NCBI GenBank assembly: GCA_024137785.1
Contig: JAHRHZ010000028.1
Location: 22,195,969-22,253,845, forward strand
Direction: 5' to 3'
Length of the DNA stretch: 57,877 bases
Source: Ginglymostoma cirratum
Lineage: Eukaryota
This document shows, piece after piece, positions 25,695-37,959 of the stretch. Position 1 is the first letter of the stretch. Every line of letters begins with the position of its first letter. Both the position numbers and the translations under genes were made by a program. The notes beneath the pieces were generated by a model. The model was given only the letters and a program-made list of their open reading frames with translations, did not search any database and had not been told where the DNA came from.

Positions 25695-26742
25695 TCCACA
25701 CCAGCTGTATATTCTGGTATAAGCAGCATTTCATCAAGATCACTTGCACTTAGAACAAGCTAAATTAACCATTAATTAATTATTCACATACGGTCAATGA
25801 GTTCGCAATCCAAAAGCCTACCCACCCTTCATACGAAGTGTAGGTGGGGAAGTGGCAGGCTGGGCACACACCACCAGCCCCGCCCACACACACCCCCACC
25901 CAGAAACACACACACACACTGTGAGAGAATGTAGTATCCAATCCTATATTTCCAGGACATCTTCACGAAGGAACTTCTGCCTACATTATTCTGAAAATTC
26001 AAAGTGACATTAGTAATTGAAAAGGTGAAAAGTGCAAAATTGCATCATTCTACAATATATAAAATGACTACACAAATTCTATGAAGAGATTAGAATCGCA
26101 TTTTTCAGGAGTTTCAGGTTTACTCTCCGGAAGAAAAGACACTTCTCTACAGTTGCAATTTACAAGACATTTGTTCCAAATTGGGTTGTCAGTCGGGACG
26201 CCCAATTTAGGGTCTAAATGACGAAACAGTCTGATCCGTCCATTTTCACAATCTGCCCGAATGTAAATTTGCATAACTCCGCCCAAAATCTGATTGAGCA
26301 GAAAGGCAACAACAAACCCTTTCATCGTTCCAGAAATGCAACATGAAATGATTGGCCAATGAGACAGAGACAAAACTGAGGTATCAGCCAGATACATAGA
26401 CAAGAAAATGGAGTTCATTCATAAACATCTACAAGTATTTCTGTTTGAGATCCACAAAGAACATTAACCAGCTCAGATTCACCTTCAACACTACCGCAGA
26501 ACACATGTAACCTCACTCCAATGATAATTTGGACCATGCGCTTTCTCACCTCTTTGCAGATGATAGTAAGTATTGACAGTGTTAGCTCCACAATAAACAA
26601 GGGCATTTAATTCATTGTTGACTAAAATTAAAGATTATTTTCACAATAATTACAAAGATGATATCCAATAAATTATAACACCAATATAATTTCTCATTCA
26701 TTAAACTTTGCTGGAAAGCTGGGAGTTCTTGCTTGTAAAGTG
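25695..26742. repeat. Copy 2 of the local ~1 kb direct duplication
   Basis: Collinear with 22485-23535. Both copies carry a (CA)n tract, the palindrome and the minus-strand MNSIFLS... ORF. Confidence 0.9.
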
Positions 26743-27479
26743 ATAAGAATTTGTAATTTTACTGAGAAACTGCAGTGGAGTTTTTCGTCCCAAATTAGGG
26801 TCGAGAATGGAGACCAGCAGACTCTTAATTCCAGGCACCAGTTGGCTTGCTTGTTTGTCAGCACCATTCTGCTGTAATCTATTTTTCAGGAGGAAGAAAT
26901 GCTACTAAGCTGCAAAATTTAGTAAAATCATTTAAAGGGCAAAATATCAGAGGTCAACTGGAATTGCCCATTGCTTCAGGGCTAGGTTAGGCATGCTTCA
27001 GAAGTGCCAACGCTTTCTGGAGGGGGGCTTCCAGGGACAGACCAGGGCTCAGCTTTCCAGGATCCTTTGAAGCTTCCCCTCACTACCTTGCCTATATGGC
27101 TACAGTTTCAGTCACAGCTTGTCACGAGAAAGGGTTTCATCTCTACAATGGTAACCTGTCGGCAGAGGCCATTTTAAATGTCAAATGGCTACTTTATAGC
27201 AGGGGGACACCTCTTTCTTCCTTACTTACCACATCAGGCTGCAGCTCCTTCTTTGCTGGAGAACCTAATGCTGGTCCATCAGCTTCAAGATCCTGCCCAC
27301 AATAATCAACTGGACTGTGGACATTACCAGATAATTCAGGCAAACTGCCCCTGTCACAGTGTGAGGTTAGGATTGATATCAGGGTCCACACCTCATCTGC
27401 AAAACTCTACCTTTTATTATCCATTTATTTTGGCAAATTACTTGCTAAAATTCATTCAAATTATCAACGTGATGAATTT

Positions 27480-27840
27480 GGCATTCACATTACCCTGAGC
27501 TATTTGAGGACAGACCTCTGAACATCTGGGAGATATTATGAATAATATTAGCCTTGGGAAGAATAACGAGGGGGGAGAAGTACAAAAGCATCCAGAGGGG
27601 CAATCTTTTCTCACAGTGGGTTGAGTGTGTCTGGAGTGGGCTGCCAGAGGTAGTGGTGGAGAAGAAGAGTACAACTTTGTCATTTAAGAGACATTTGGAC
27701 AGGTAAACGGATAGAATAGGTATGGAGGGATATGGACCAAATACAGGCAAATGGAACTAGATTAATTGTGAAAACTGGGCAGTATGGACAGGTTGGGCTA
27801 AAAGGCCTGCTTCCATGCTGTAAACCTGTATGACTCTAAT
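27480..27840 (+). mobile_element. CR1 LINE 3' end
   Basis: gggcaatcttttctcacag...tggagtgggctgccagaggtagtggtggag...catttaagagacatttggacagg...aaaggcctgcttccatgctgtaaacc. Confidence 0.8.
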
Positions 27841-28859
27841 GGCAGAGTTTACAAAACTACTTAAACGCAACACAGTTGCATTTGTTTTTAAATACAAATC
27901 AAATAGTTAAATTATTCAGCCAAAGGACACACTCACATTTCCTAATTAATGTCAACTCTGAGAAGATTTAAGATTGGCTGACTTGCCAGACAAAAATAGA
28001 TCTATTTTATCCTAAGTGTGGTTGTCATACTTCCAATCAAACCCGTACTGACTATAGACATTGATATGTCCATCACAAATTCCTGTGTGCAAATGTTGTC
28101 TTCTTCTTGCTTGTTAATTTGAGAGAAGTCTGGTTCAAGATAACAATTCACTAATCTGGAAGTTAAGCTGAAATGTAATTCTGAGATAGTAAGAACTGCC
28201 GATGCTGGAGTCTGATCTTATATTTTCTAATTTTCATGCACCTGCTCCACATTGCTGCATTCTCAATTCTATAGAGTGTTCTATAGAGGACAGATTTCTT
28301 ATCCTTTCACATCAGATTTCTACTGCTGTATATTGCTTCAACCAATCTTAATACAGGTCTACATAGTGATTTCCTCTGGGTGTCTATGAAAAGCAAAACC
28401 GGATTGGGCATGAACTATCATTTGCAGACCATTGGGTCAGCAATGATTGACACTTCTTGGATTCAAGTTGTTAAGAGATGTCAAGAGAATGAGGAGAGCT
28501 TGAGCACATTAAGTGACTTAAATGTTAGTGGATGGAACAAAGCAACTTAAATTGGCAACATGCTTCTGTCACGACTTCTATCCACTCATTCTATTACCCT
28601 ATCTGAATGACAAGAAGATAAAGAAGCTCTTTTTATAGGACTGGTAACCCTGGGAGGGGGAGTAGGGCACAATATATCTGACGAAAGGCACAAAGAAGTT
28701 ATTGAGTCCCGACTGTTTAACTTGCAGAGAGCACCAAAACAAACAGAAGTCAATATCTTGCAACTAAAAAAAAAATGGCAGCGCAGTTCTAGAAAGTGGA
28801 AAGCCAGGAAGGATGGCAATTCAACTGTTACAGATTCTCACTTTCTCAGGAGCAGATGG

Positions 28860-29166
28860 CTTTGCTTGTATCATGACTAGTTAAAGGTGACCATCCTGTT
28901 TATGCAGTTGACCAAATTTGATGAGAGTGAGTTCATGATCAGCATTAGCATTGTGCAAGGGAGAGTCAAAGAAAACAGCTTTGTTGTTGATTTCAGAGAA
29001 CATTTCACAATGATGTCCAGATTATTTAGCATGTGGTTCCCAAGGTAGAAAAGTTGGCTGCTTGATGCTTTCTTCATCATCTTCATATTTGAACTAACAT
29101 TTCGAACAAACCATCAAAAGGACCTCAACATTCTACCCTACTGTGATACCTTGACGAAACTTGTCA
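28860..29166 (-). mobile_element. Possible RTE-like LINE RT remnant
   Basis: The minus-strand ORF segment LFYLGNHMLNNLDI weakly resembles the post-YADD motif FxYLGSxxxxN. Confidence 0.3.
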
Positions 29167-30674
29167 TTTATTTAGAAGCGTCTGTTTCACTCAATTGATT
29201 ACTAGTAATACAATTGAGTAAAACAAATGGAATCATACTTCTGATAAACGTGGGTTGTGTAGGAAATCGAACAAAAAAAAACACCACACATGATGGATGG
29301 TGAGAAATCATGGGTCTTTTGTAATACATTAATATAATGTAGCCACACACACCTACAACTGTTCGTTTTTCAAAATAAAAAATCACCAGATGACCGTAAT
29401 TGTATTTGATTTTCTGAAGTGTCTCATTATGAAAATGGATAAAATACATAAACTTCTGTTGCTTTCCCCTTATCTAGCCGCACCCAACTCCCGCCTCTCC
29501 CCGATTTCTCTTACTAACTTGCGAAGAGTGGGTGAGGAGTGGAGAGGAGAATATTAACACATACTATCCTTGATTAGTTTAGTTTGCAGGACTCCACCCA
29601 CTGGACCTACCAAACTAATGTTGTCAAATGTAAAACATGTAGGCTGGATGCTTTTGCCATCCAAAAACTCCCATGACTGTACAGACCTTCTACGTATACG
29701 TAGATATTAAAATAAACCAAATTTAATTACTGACTTTAAGGTATTCTTTCCCCCACAATTATTTTATGACATAATTTTCTAAGACAGGATGAAACCATTT
29801 GCCCCAAAACACACTTGCTCCTTAACCATGACGCGTGCTTAAATTTTCTCACCATTCTTATTGCATGTGTGCAGCATCTACTTAACCAGTTCCATTTTTG
29901 GTTCTGTCAATGGTGTTAGCGAAGTAAGTTATTCAAGTGGTTAGACCACTTCCCGTAATATTACGGACATTTCACTAGCTTAGAGGCTGCTCAGTATTAG
30001 AAGAAAGCACTTAATCACTAAGTATTGTGGCCAACTTCAAATAAAGCATGGTTCAATTCTACTTTGGTCTCTTGGCATTACATTAACCTTTCCAATACTG
30101 GCTACCTACATAGATTTTAATTGGTGTTGCTTCATTCTAAGTGATAGAATCACTTCCTTGTAAGTGCTCTCTGCACTTTTTGTACCAACAGTTCTTGTAA
30201 ACAATACCACAATCTCATATGTGCTCTACTTTATTTGACTTATTGCCTCTATCAGATATGGTCATTAGCTTAAACATCTTAAATAGTTACAAACCATTAT
30301 AACTAATTCAATAATCTGATGAATGGTAATTTTATTTTACTATATTTGCAGAAGTAACCTCAACATTACAAAGCCGTCAATGTAGCCAATAAGCCTGATT
30401 TGTACTTTTATTCTGTAACTTAAGTGGACCAAGAAGGGACTAAAATGCTTTATTGTTCAATTAACCAGGATGGGGAATTAAAATACAATTCATTCAACCT
30501 TGAGGAATATTAAAAATACACACATTCTGTAGCTCCTTAATAATAGTGCTGAAGGTATTGGCTGACGGATTTGGAAGGTGAAAATTGTGTTACGTTACTG
30601 CAAATAACAAAAAAAAACTGCATCACATTGCTAAACAGATTGTAACAAAACCCCTAAAATCTAGGGCACTAGCT

Positions 30675-30763
30675 ACGAAGGGTCCTGGCCCAAAACATCG
30701 ACTTTCCTGCTCCTCTGATGCTGCCTGATCTGCTGTGTTCCTCCAGCTCTGTACTGTACTGAC
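30675..30763 (+). mobile_element. Penelope-type pLTR fragment, family A (degenerate)
   Basis: gaagggtcctggcccaaaacatcgactttcctgctcctctgatgctgcctgatctgctgtgttcctccagctc. Confidence 0.75.
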
Positions 30764-31014
30764 TACTTACAATAACTTTTACAGAGAATCCATAAGTACT
30801 GTGTTCTCAAGTTTTAAACAGAGTGTGCATTTTTTTTACCATTTTATTGCAATGTTAACAATCTACCTCATACTTGCGCTAGTTCAATTCCATCTCCTAT
30901 AAAATTTGTGTCCTCAAAATACTGCCAAGTTTCTCTGCATTTGTTCAGATTTCTGAATACCTCAGATCAACTCTCTCCTGAGTCATAAAGAAAGCAACAA
31001 TTACAGTGTTAATT

Positions 31015-32850
31015 GCCTGGAATGGGCTGCCAGGGGTGGTGATGGACACGCATACAATAGCAATGTTTAAGAATGTTTCAGAGTCATTACGTTCCTATTA
31101 GAGTGAAAGGTAAGGCTGGTAGGATTAGAGAACAATGGATGAATAAACATATTGAGGTTCCAGTCAAGAATAAAAAAAATTGTACATTAGATATAGACAA
31201 CTGAGTTCAAATGAATCTCTTGAACAGTATAAAGACTGTAGGTGCATTATTAAGAGGGAGATCAGGAGGGCAAAGAGAGGATATGACATAGCCTTGGCAA
31301 ATAAGGCTAAGGATAATCCACAAAGATTATGCAAGTAAATTATGAGCAAGAGAGCAACTAGAGGGAGAGTAGAGCCTCTTAAAGATCAGAGGTCATCTTT
31401 ATGTTGGATCTCAGGAGATGTGAGAGATATTAAATTAATATTTCACATCAGTTTTTAACAGGAGAAAAAGAAATGGAGGTTAGAGAACTCAGGGAAATAA
31501 ATATTGATGTTTTGTAAACACTTCATCTTATAGAAGATGGAATGCTGAGGGTGTTAGAAAACATAAAAAATGGATAAATCTCCAGGAACTGATCTAGCGT
31601 ATCCGAGGATGTTCTGGGGAATTAGGAAGGAAATTAGGAAGACTCTGGCAGAAATATTTATATCGTCTATAACTATGGGTGAGGTGCTGAGTGGCTAATG
31701 TTATACCTTTGTTTAAGAAGGGATGTATGGAGAAGCCTAGGAACAATAGACCGGAGAGTCTGACATCTGTGGTGGGGAAGTTGTTGGAAGCGATTCTGAA
31801 AGATAGGATTTATATGCATTTGTAGAGGCAAGGAATGTTTAAGGATAGTCAGCATTGTGGGAGGGAAATCACATCTCACAAACCTGATTATGATTTTTGA
31901 GGAAGTAACCAAGAAGATTGATGAGGACAGAACAATAGACATTGTTTACTTGTACTTCAGTAAAGACTTTACTAATTCTTTTACCATGGAGAATGTTATC
32001 AAAGTAGGATCACGTGGTATTCAGGGTGAGCATGCCAATTGGATATAAAAATAGCTTTACCGAAGGAGACAGAGGGTAGCAGTGGAGGGTTGTTTTTGGA
32101 CTGGAAGCCTGTGATCAGTGGTGTTCCACACAGATCAGTGCCAGGTCCACTTTTGCCTGTCATTTATATAAATGATTGAATTGAGAATATAGAAGGCATG
32201 GTTAGTAAATTCATGGATGACACCAAAATTGGCGGTACAGTGAACAGTAAAGAAGGTTATTCAAGAGTACAAAGAGATCTTGATCAATTGAGTCAATTTG
32301 CCACTCCTCAGCCTATTAAGTTTAATTTGGATAAATGTGAGGTATCGCATTTTGGTAAAATAAACAAGAGCAGGAGTTATACAATTAAAAGCAGGGCCTC
32401 AAGTTGTATTGTGGGTCAGAGAGACTGCGGGGTTCAGCTACATAATTCTTTGAAGTTTACTTCACACAGGCTGGGACATTTTTCATTGGAGCGTAGGAGG
32501 TGGAGGGATCACCTTACGGAGGTTTATAAAATCATGAGAGGTATGGATAAGGTGAATAGCAGGTGTCTTTTCCGTGGGGTGTGGGATTTAAAGACTAGGG
32601 AGCATATTTTTAAGGTGAGAGGAGAAAGATTTTAAAAAGACATGAGGGGAAATTCTTTTACAATGAGTGGTTTGTGTGTAGAATGAACTTCCAGAAGAAG
32701 TGGTGGATGCGGGTATAGTTACAATATTTAAAAGACATTTGAATAAGTACATGATTAAGAAATGTTTGGAGCAACTTGGACCAAGTGTAGGCAGGGTGGG
32801 AGTAGTTTAGTTTGGGATTACGGTCTGCATGAACTGGCATGACTCTATGA
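31015..32850 (+). mobile_element. CR1 LINE ORF2 (RT) to 3' end, decayed, with internal deletions
   Basis: Motifs include DKSPGTD, WLMLYLCL/ANVIPLFKKG, GKSHLTNLIMIFEEVTKKIDE, SKFMDDTKIGG (YADD equivalent) and FKVRGERF. Confidence 0.9.
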
Positions 32851-33029
32851 GCATCTTGACAGATATATGAATAGGCAGGGAATAAGGAGATACAGACTAC
32901 GTTGCGGCAAACAGCTTTTAGTTTAAAAAGACACCATGTGTCGGCGCAGTCTTGGTGGGCCAAAGGGCTTGTTCTTGTGCTGTAATGTTCTTTGTATCTT
33001 TGAAAGAAGCAGGTACAGAATTATTTCAG

Positions 33030-33290
33030 ATAACTATCTAAAGGATCAATGACAGCACGAGGAAAAGTGCTCACACAGCAAGTGGTTCGGATCTTGAATG
33101 CACTCCCTGAAAAAATGGTTTGAGGCAGTATCAACTGAGGCATGCAAGAGGGAATTAGATTATCATCTGAAAAGATAGAATGTGCAGGGTTATTGGGAGG
33201 TGGTGACAGAGCAGAATGAGGTAAAGTACTCCCATGCGAAGCCAACAGATGAATGGCCTCCTTCTACACTGTAACTATTCTGAGGCTTAT
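33030..33290 (+). mobile_element. CR1 3' end fragment
   Basis: cacacagcaagtggttcggatcttgaatgcactccctgaaa...gaatggcctccttctacactgtaac; a similar fragment lies at ~52980-53200. Confidence 0.6.
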
Positions 33291-33658
33291 TTTCACATTT
33301 CTGAAATAAAGGCCAAATGTAAAATGTGGAAATTTAGTCTTCGAAAGTATAAAATAATATTTTGACCAAATTTGAATCATAAGGAAAAGCTAGCTTTCCA
33401 CCTTCCATCTCTGATTTACCCTCGCAGCTGCTAAACAACCTACAGGAAACGGGAAGAATTCTCGAATCAGAGGATAGTTTCTTGAACTCAGAGCTGCTTA
33501 TTATTGGAGGTGGTGTGTTAGGAAATGATCTAGTTAGTAAACAATAAGAATTCCTGTCAAGAAATCAACTTTCCTCAATAAAAAAATTCATGAAAGCAGA
33601 GTGCTTGGAGGAGCAAAGTGACCAGTTGCAGTCTGAAACAAACAGTCAACATCAGTTG

Positions 33659-33762
33659 ACAGTTCTGAGGAAGGGTCACTTGACCTGAAACGTTAACTTT
33701 GATTTCTCTCCACAGGTGCTGCCAGATCTGCTGAGCTTTTCCAACATATTCTGTTTTTGTGT
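33659..33762 (+). mobile_element. Penelope-type pLTR fragment, family B
   Basis: agttctgaggaagggtcacttgacctgaaacgttaactttgatttctctccacaggtgctgccagatctgctgagcttttcc, with imperfect flanking repeat gttgacagtt/gtggacaatt. Confidence 0.8.
33661..33698 (+). ncRNA. Putative minimal type I hammerhead ribozyme (family B), best-preserved copy
   Basis: AGTT-CTGAGGA-A-GGGTC(ACTT)GACCT-GAAA-CG-TT-AACT: stem I AGUU/AACU, both core boxes, stem II, palindromic AACGUU stem III and a GUU triplet. Confidence 0.65.
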
Positions 33763-34619
33763 GGACAATTGAGAGCATGCGCAAAAAGAAATTTGAGAGC
33801 AAGTTTCTGGAAAGCATTGGCAAGCGGGAAGGAAGCAAATAAGGACAAAAAGAACAAAGAAGGATATGTAGGGAAAAAAACAACAGGCTGGCTGAAAATA
33901 CTGATTGTTCAAATTTATTTACATATATCCCTCATACTAATTAATTAAGTAAATAATTGTTTGTCTATTCCAAATTGTCATTTAGTTCTTTTACTTAATG
34001 TCTGTAGTGTCGGGCACTGCTCTTGCATCATGAAGAGAGATAGTATAAGTACAAGCGCAAGTACATTTTCGATGTAAACTTTACTTTCCAGCAAACAGCT
34101 TTGACTCCGCTTACCAAAAGCTAGTAAAAAGGTGATAAGTAAACAAGAGGAGATTGCATCAAACAGCAAGTTCAGTACTTAACTGCATCATTTCATGTAT
34201 ACTGGCAGGTACAGGTGTTCCATCTTGCACTAGTCTTTCTGCTGAAAAGCCACAAAAGAGAATACTCTAGATAAGGGCGGATTACTCATTCCTTCTCACC
34301 ATATGAATGCTGACTGTTTGTAAGTATTTGCTTGGCTTGCAAAGGTATACAGAGAACATTACTGTCTCACTGTCTTCTCTGAAATGGCATCAGCAAATAG
34401 CTCATATTCTTATTGTTCTACTACAACCCAAGTCTTAACTTGAATAAAAATAAACTGCACCTCAAAAATGATGAGTATACCCATCTTATCCTAATTCCTG
34501 TTACACCACTAACCTCTGCAGGATCTAATAATGAGAGATTTACAAATAGAGCAAATGCAATCAATGTTTCCAAGTTCACAACCCAAAGAAAAGGATCTAC
34601 CTAGACAAACAATCACAAG

Positions 34620-35030
34620 TAGAATTATGTCACCTGCACAATATAGAAATAAGTCATTTAGCCCAACTGGTCCATCTCCATATTTGAACCTTACACAAGC
34701 CTCCTCCCACTTGACATGACCTTCTATTCTCTTCCCTTTCATGTATTTACCCAGTTTCCCATCAAAGACATCCAAGCTACTTGCTTCAATTTCTCCATGA
34801 AGTAGCATGCTCCATATTCTAATCAATTCCTCAGTGAAGATGTTTCTCCTGAATTCACTGTTGGATTTATTTGTGGCCATCTTCTAGTTATGGCTCTTCA
34901 TTTTGGTTTGCCTCACAAATGGAAACATCTCAAGTACACCAGGCTTGTTGAGAGCTGTCATGATCTTAAGGACTCCTAATCAGATTGTCCATCAGTCATC
35001 TCTTTCCTCCAACAAGAAACCCAGGAAAGA
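34620..35030 (-). mobile_element. CR1 LINE 3' end
   Basis: ORF 34509-34880 (TNKSNSEFRRNIFTEELIRIWSML...FDGKLGKYM) is the CR1 ORF2 terminus. Confidence 0.8.
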
Positions 35031-35759
35031 TCAATTTATCTTGTTAATTTCAGCATCATCTTTGAAAATAAAACTCCAAAACTTCCAAAGAGGATTTTTC
35101 CTAATTGCCTGCCAAACCTTCATAGGAAACTAGAGAATCTACTGAGATAAGATCAGTGGAACACCCAGTAAACACATACAGGAGACATTCTGTGCAATTC
35201 TATAGCCAGATACATAAATTAATATATACTAAATGTAATCACAATTGCATACAAGGATACTTGAGATACAGTCCAACAATTGACTTCTAATATGGTTTGA
35301 AGTGCAGCTGGCATACTGATTTCTTGTACTCACCATCTTGTGCATCTTTCATCTTTGTCTTCAGTTCTGTAAGGCAGCCAATGCATTCCGATACATTACC
35401 ACAAAGCATGCAATGATCCCTAACTGAATAGTAAATTTGTCCTTTCATTATATTACACCTCGTGTGCAACTGCTACCATTATACATTACAATCAATGTTG
35501 GATTGATTACACAAAAGCAAATAAAGTTGTACCAGCTTTTTGAGGTTAATGATGCCTGCACCAGATGCATTTCAACCAAAGGTGTGATTCACTGAGTGTG
35601 CCACTTGCTTGAACACATGGTTGGTGCTGGGAAATGCACTGTTAACATCAACTGATGGTAACATTCAAGAAATGACTTGACGTTAAGGAAACATTTCTGC
35701 ATTCATTTCATATATTACAAATAGAGTTCAAAGGATGGAAAATATCACATTGGTACTTT

Positions 35760-36245
35760 GAGGTAGAGCAGAGTAAGCTAACTCTGCACCCATTGTTTGT
35801 ATCTGTTCCAAGAGAGTGCTGAATATTTAAGATGAGTGCTCAAACTGAATGTGTGCAACTCCAGCAATACTCGAACAGCTTGACAGCATCCAGAAAAGAG
35901 CAGCCCACTTGATTGGTACCCCTTTGGCCACCTCAAATTATCATTCCCTCTACTACTGATGGTGTACCATCTACAAGATGCGCTGCAATAACTGATAAGG
36001 GCTCCTTTGACAGCACTGTAAATGCCACCTCCTGAAATGGTCCCCTCCAATCCTCCGGACTTGGAACTATATCATTGTTGGCTCATTGTCGCTGGGTCAA
36101 AATCCAACAGCACTGGGAGTGCACCGACACCTGAAGAATTACAGGGGTTCAAGGATGCAGCTCACCACCACCACCTTCAAAAGGATTGGAGATGAGCAAT
36201 ACATACTGGCCTTGTCAGTGATATTCAAATCCTACAAATAAACTA
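35760..36245 (+). mobile_element. CR1-clade LINE 3' portion
   Basis: Frames read PAILEQLDSIQKRAAHLIGTP...HSLYY...CTIYKMRC; the tail is homologous to 6585-6790. Confidence 0.7.
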
Positions 36246-36319
36246 TAAACATCTCTCACCTTTACCCCCAATATCCCCCGACTGTTATTTCCTGCTCAGC
36301 CTTCAGAACATCTCTATCA

Positions 36320-36830
36320 AATATTGATTATATCACTGAATACTGCATCCAGTTCTGGTTGGCACATTATAAAAGCAAAACTGAGAGGCACAGGAGATGA
36401 TACAGAGAAGATTTACAAGGATGATAGCAAAATGTGTACATGTATCAGGAAAGGTGGACAGGCTGACCCCCTTTACTCTTGGTAATTGGGCTGAAGGGGT
36501 GATGTAATAGGGGTCTTTGAGATGGCACATACAAACATAAAGGATCCCTCTTGTGGGAAGAGCATAGCTAGAAGCTGTCAATGCAAGATAATCACCAGGA
36601 CATCCAACATGAAATTCAGTTGGAGATTCTATATCCAAAGAGTCATGAGAGCAAAGTGCTTGGAGCAAATAGTATTTAAACATTTAAAAGGAAACCTTGA
36701 AAGAGAAGGAAATGGAGGGTAACAGTGATAGATTTAGTTCGGGAAAAGCAGAGGGAGGTTCAATGAAGAATAAATGCTGCATGGACTGTCTGTATTGTCT
36801 GTTTCAGTGCTGATAATCCTCCGATATCCT
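36320..36830 (+). mobile_element. CR1 LINE 3' portion
   Basis: EYCIQFWLAHYK...EMIQRRFTRMI motif; it belongs to the same subfamily as 34620-35030, in the opposite orientation. Confidence 0.75.
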
Positions 36831-36839
36831 GAATCTATA

Positions 36840-37270
36840 TCCATCCTGGTACTGCGTTTAAATCCTAAATCGTTTGTTGCATTGAAACATTTTTCCGCAT
36901 GTTTTTTTCTGTTCTTCTGTCAATAATCTTAAGTTTGTGCCTTCTGTTTAACACTTCATCCATTGGAAACAGTTTCCCTTAACTGACTCTATCTAACCCT
37001 TCATGATTACAAACACCCATATTCAACACCCTCTTAGCCTTCTCTGCCATAAAGCACAACAGGATCACCTTCCCACTCCCATCCAAGAAACTGGAATTCC
37101 TCAACCTTGAAAGTGTTCTCAGAAAACCTCTTCTATATCCTCATCTACGCTTTCAGGTCCTTCCTAAAATCCATGACCCAGAATCAGAAATAATATTGCA
37201 GTAGAGTGTGATATATCAGCGTAATACAACTTCCCTGCTCTAGTACTCCAGCCACTTTATTGGTACAACT
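36840..37270 (-). mobile_element. CR1 LINE fragment
   Basis: Reverse complement of a CR1 ORF2 end (ggaaacagtttccc, cccttcatgatt, aaaacctcttctatatccc, cccagaatcagaaataatattgcag). Confidence 0.6.
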
Positions 37271-37959
37271 CTGATGGGAGGAACGTGTTGAAAATCAAGT
37301 CTGACTACTCAATAAGCTGTGACAGTAGTCTGATGTAATCACCAAGGATGATCAGTTTGTTTCAACTTACCACTGGGGTCTAAAACAAAAAAACCTTCAC
37401 CAGGTTTCTCAATAAAAACTCAAAATATTTCTTTAATTTAAAACAAACTTCTTTTTCACATGAGATGGAGGGGAACAAAAGGGGAAATAGCAAGGGGAGA
37501 GAGGCGAGAGTGCACAAGAGGGAGACAGAGAATGAGTTCCCTCCCAGTGATCTTTCAATTGCCAACAATACCCAAATACATACCAAAATAGAAACTAAAA
37601 ATTTAGAGGAGGCGTTGCTATGTGATGGAAGCCATTAAGACTCTCGAAGCAATCTCATCTCTTTCAAAAAGCTTTTTGTTGTTTCCTTTTCCAAACTTGC
37701 TTTTCCAGTGAACAGCAAAAAAAAATCTGGAATTCTCATCCAGCTCTTGACTCTCTCTAAGAAATCACATGATAAAAATTCTTCTTCAACCTAGTAGGGT
37801 CCAAACAGTTTAGCTTCCCGTTCTCATAAATATGTATTTCTTATGTTATGAAGCCAAGGAACGCACATGCCTTATTAGCTGCTGTGGTAAACTGCCACCT
37901 TAAAAGATTTACACAGAAACAAAGCCAGCTTTCTCTCTTCCTACACCCGCTTTAAATTT

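Noticed and set aside
22940-26418. Duplicated ORF as an IL10-family cytokine exon (MAPKAPK2 neighbours the IL10 cluster in vertebrates)
   Set aside because: There is no recognisable IL10-family sequence or exon structure; only the signal-peptide-like start is suggestive.
26540-26575. HLFADDSK on the + strand as an RT YADD motif, and QIVNMDG / DSDLFMEF on the minus strand as pogo DDE motifs in the duplicated unit
   Set aside because: These are isolated short matches in different frames, with wrong spacing and stops shared by both copies. They are insufficient to assign a family.
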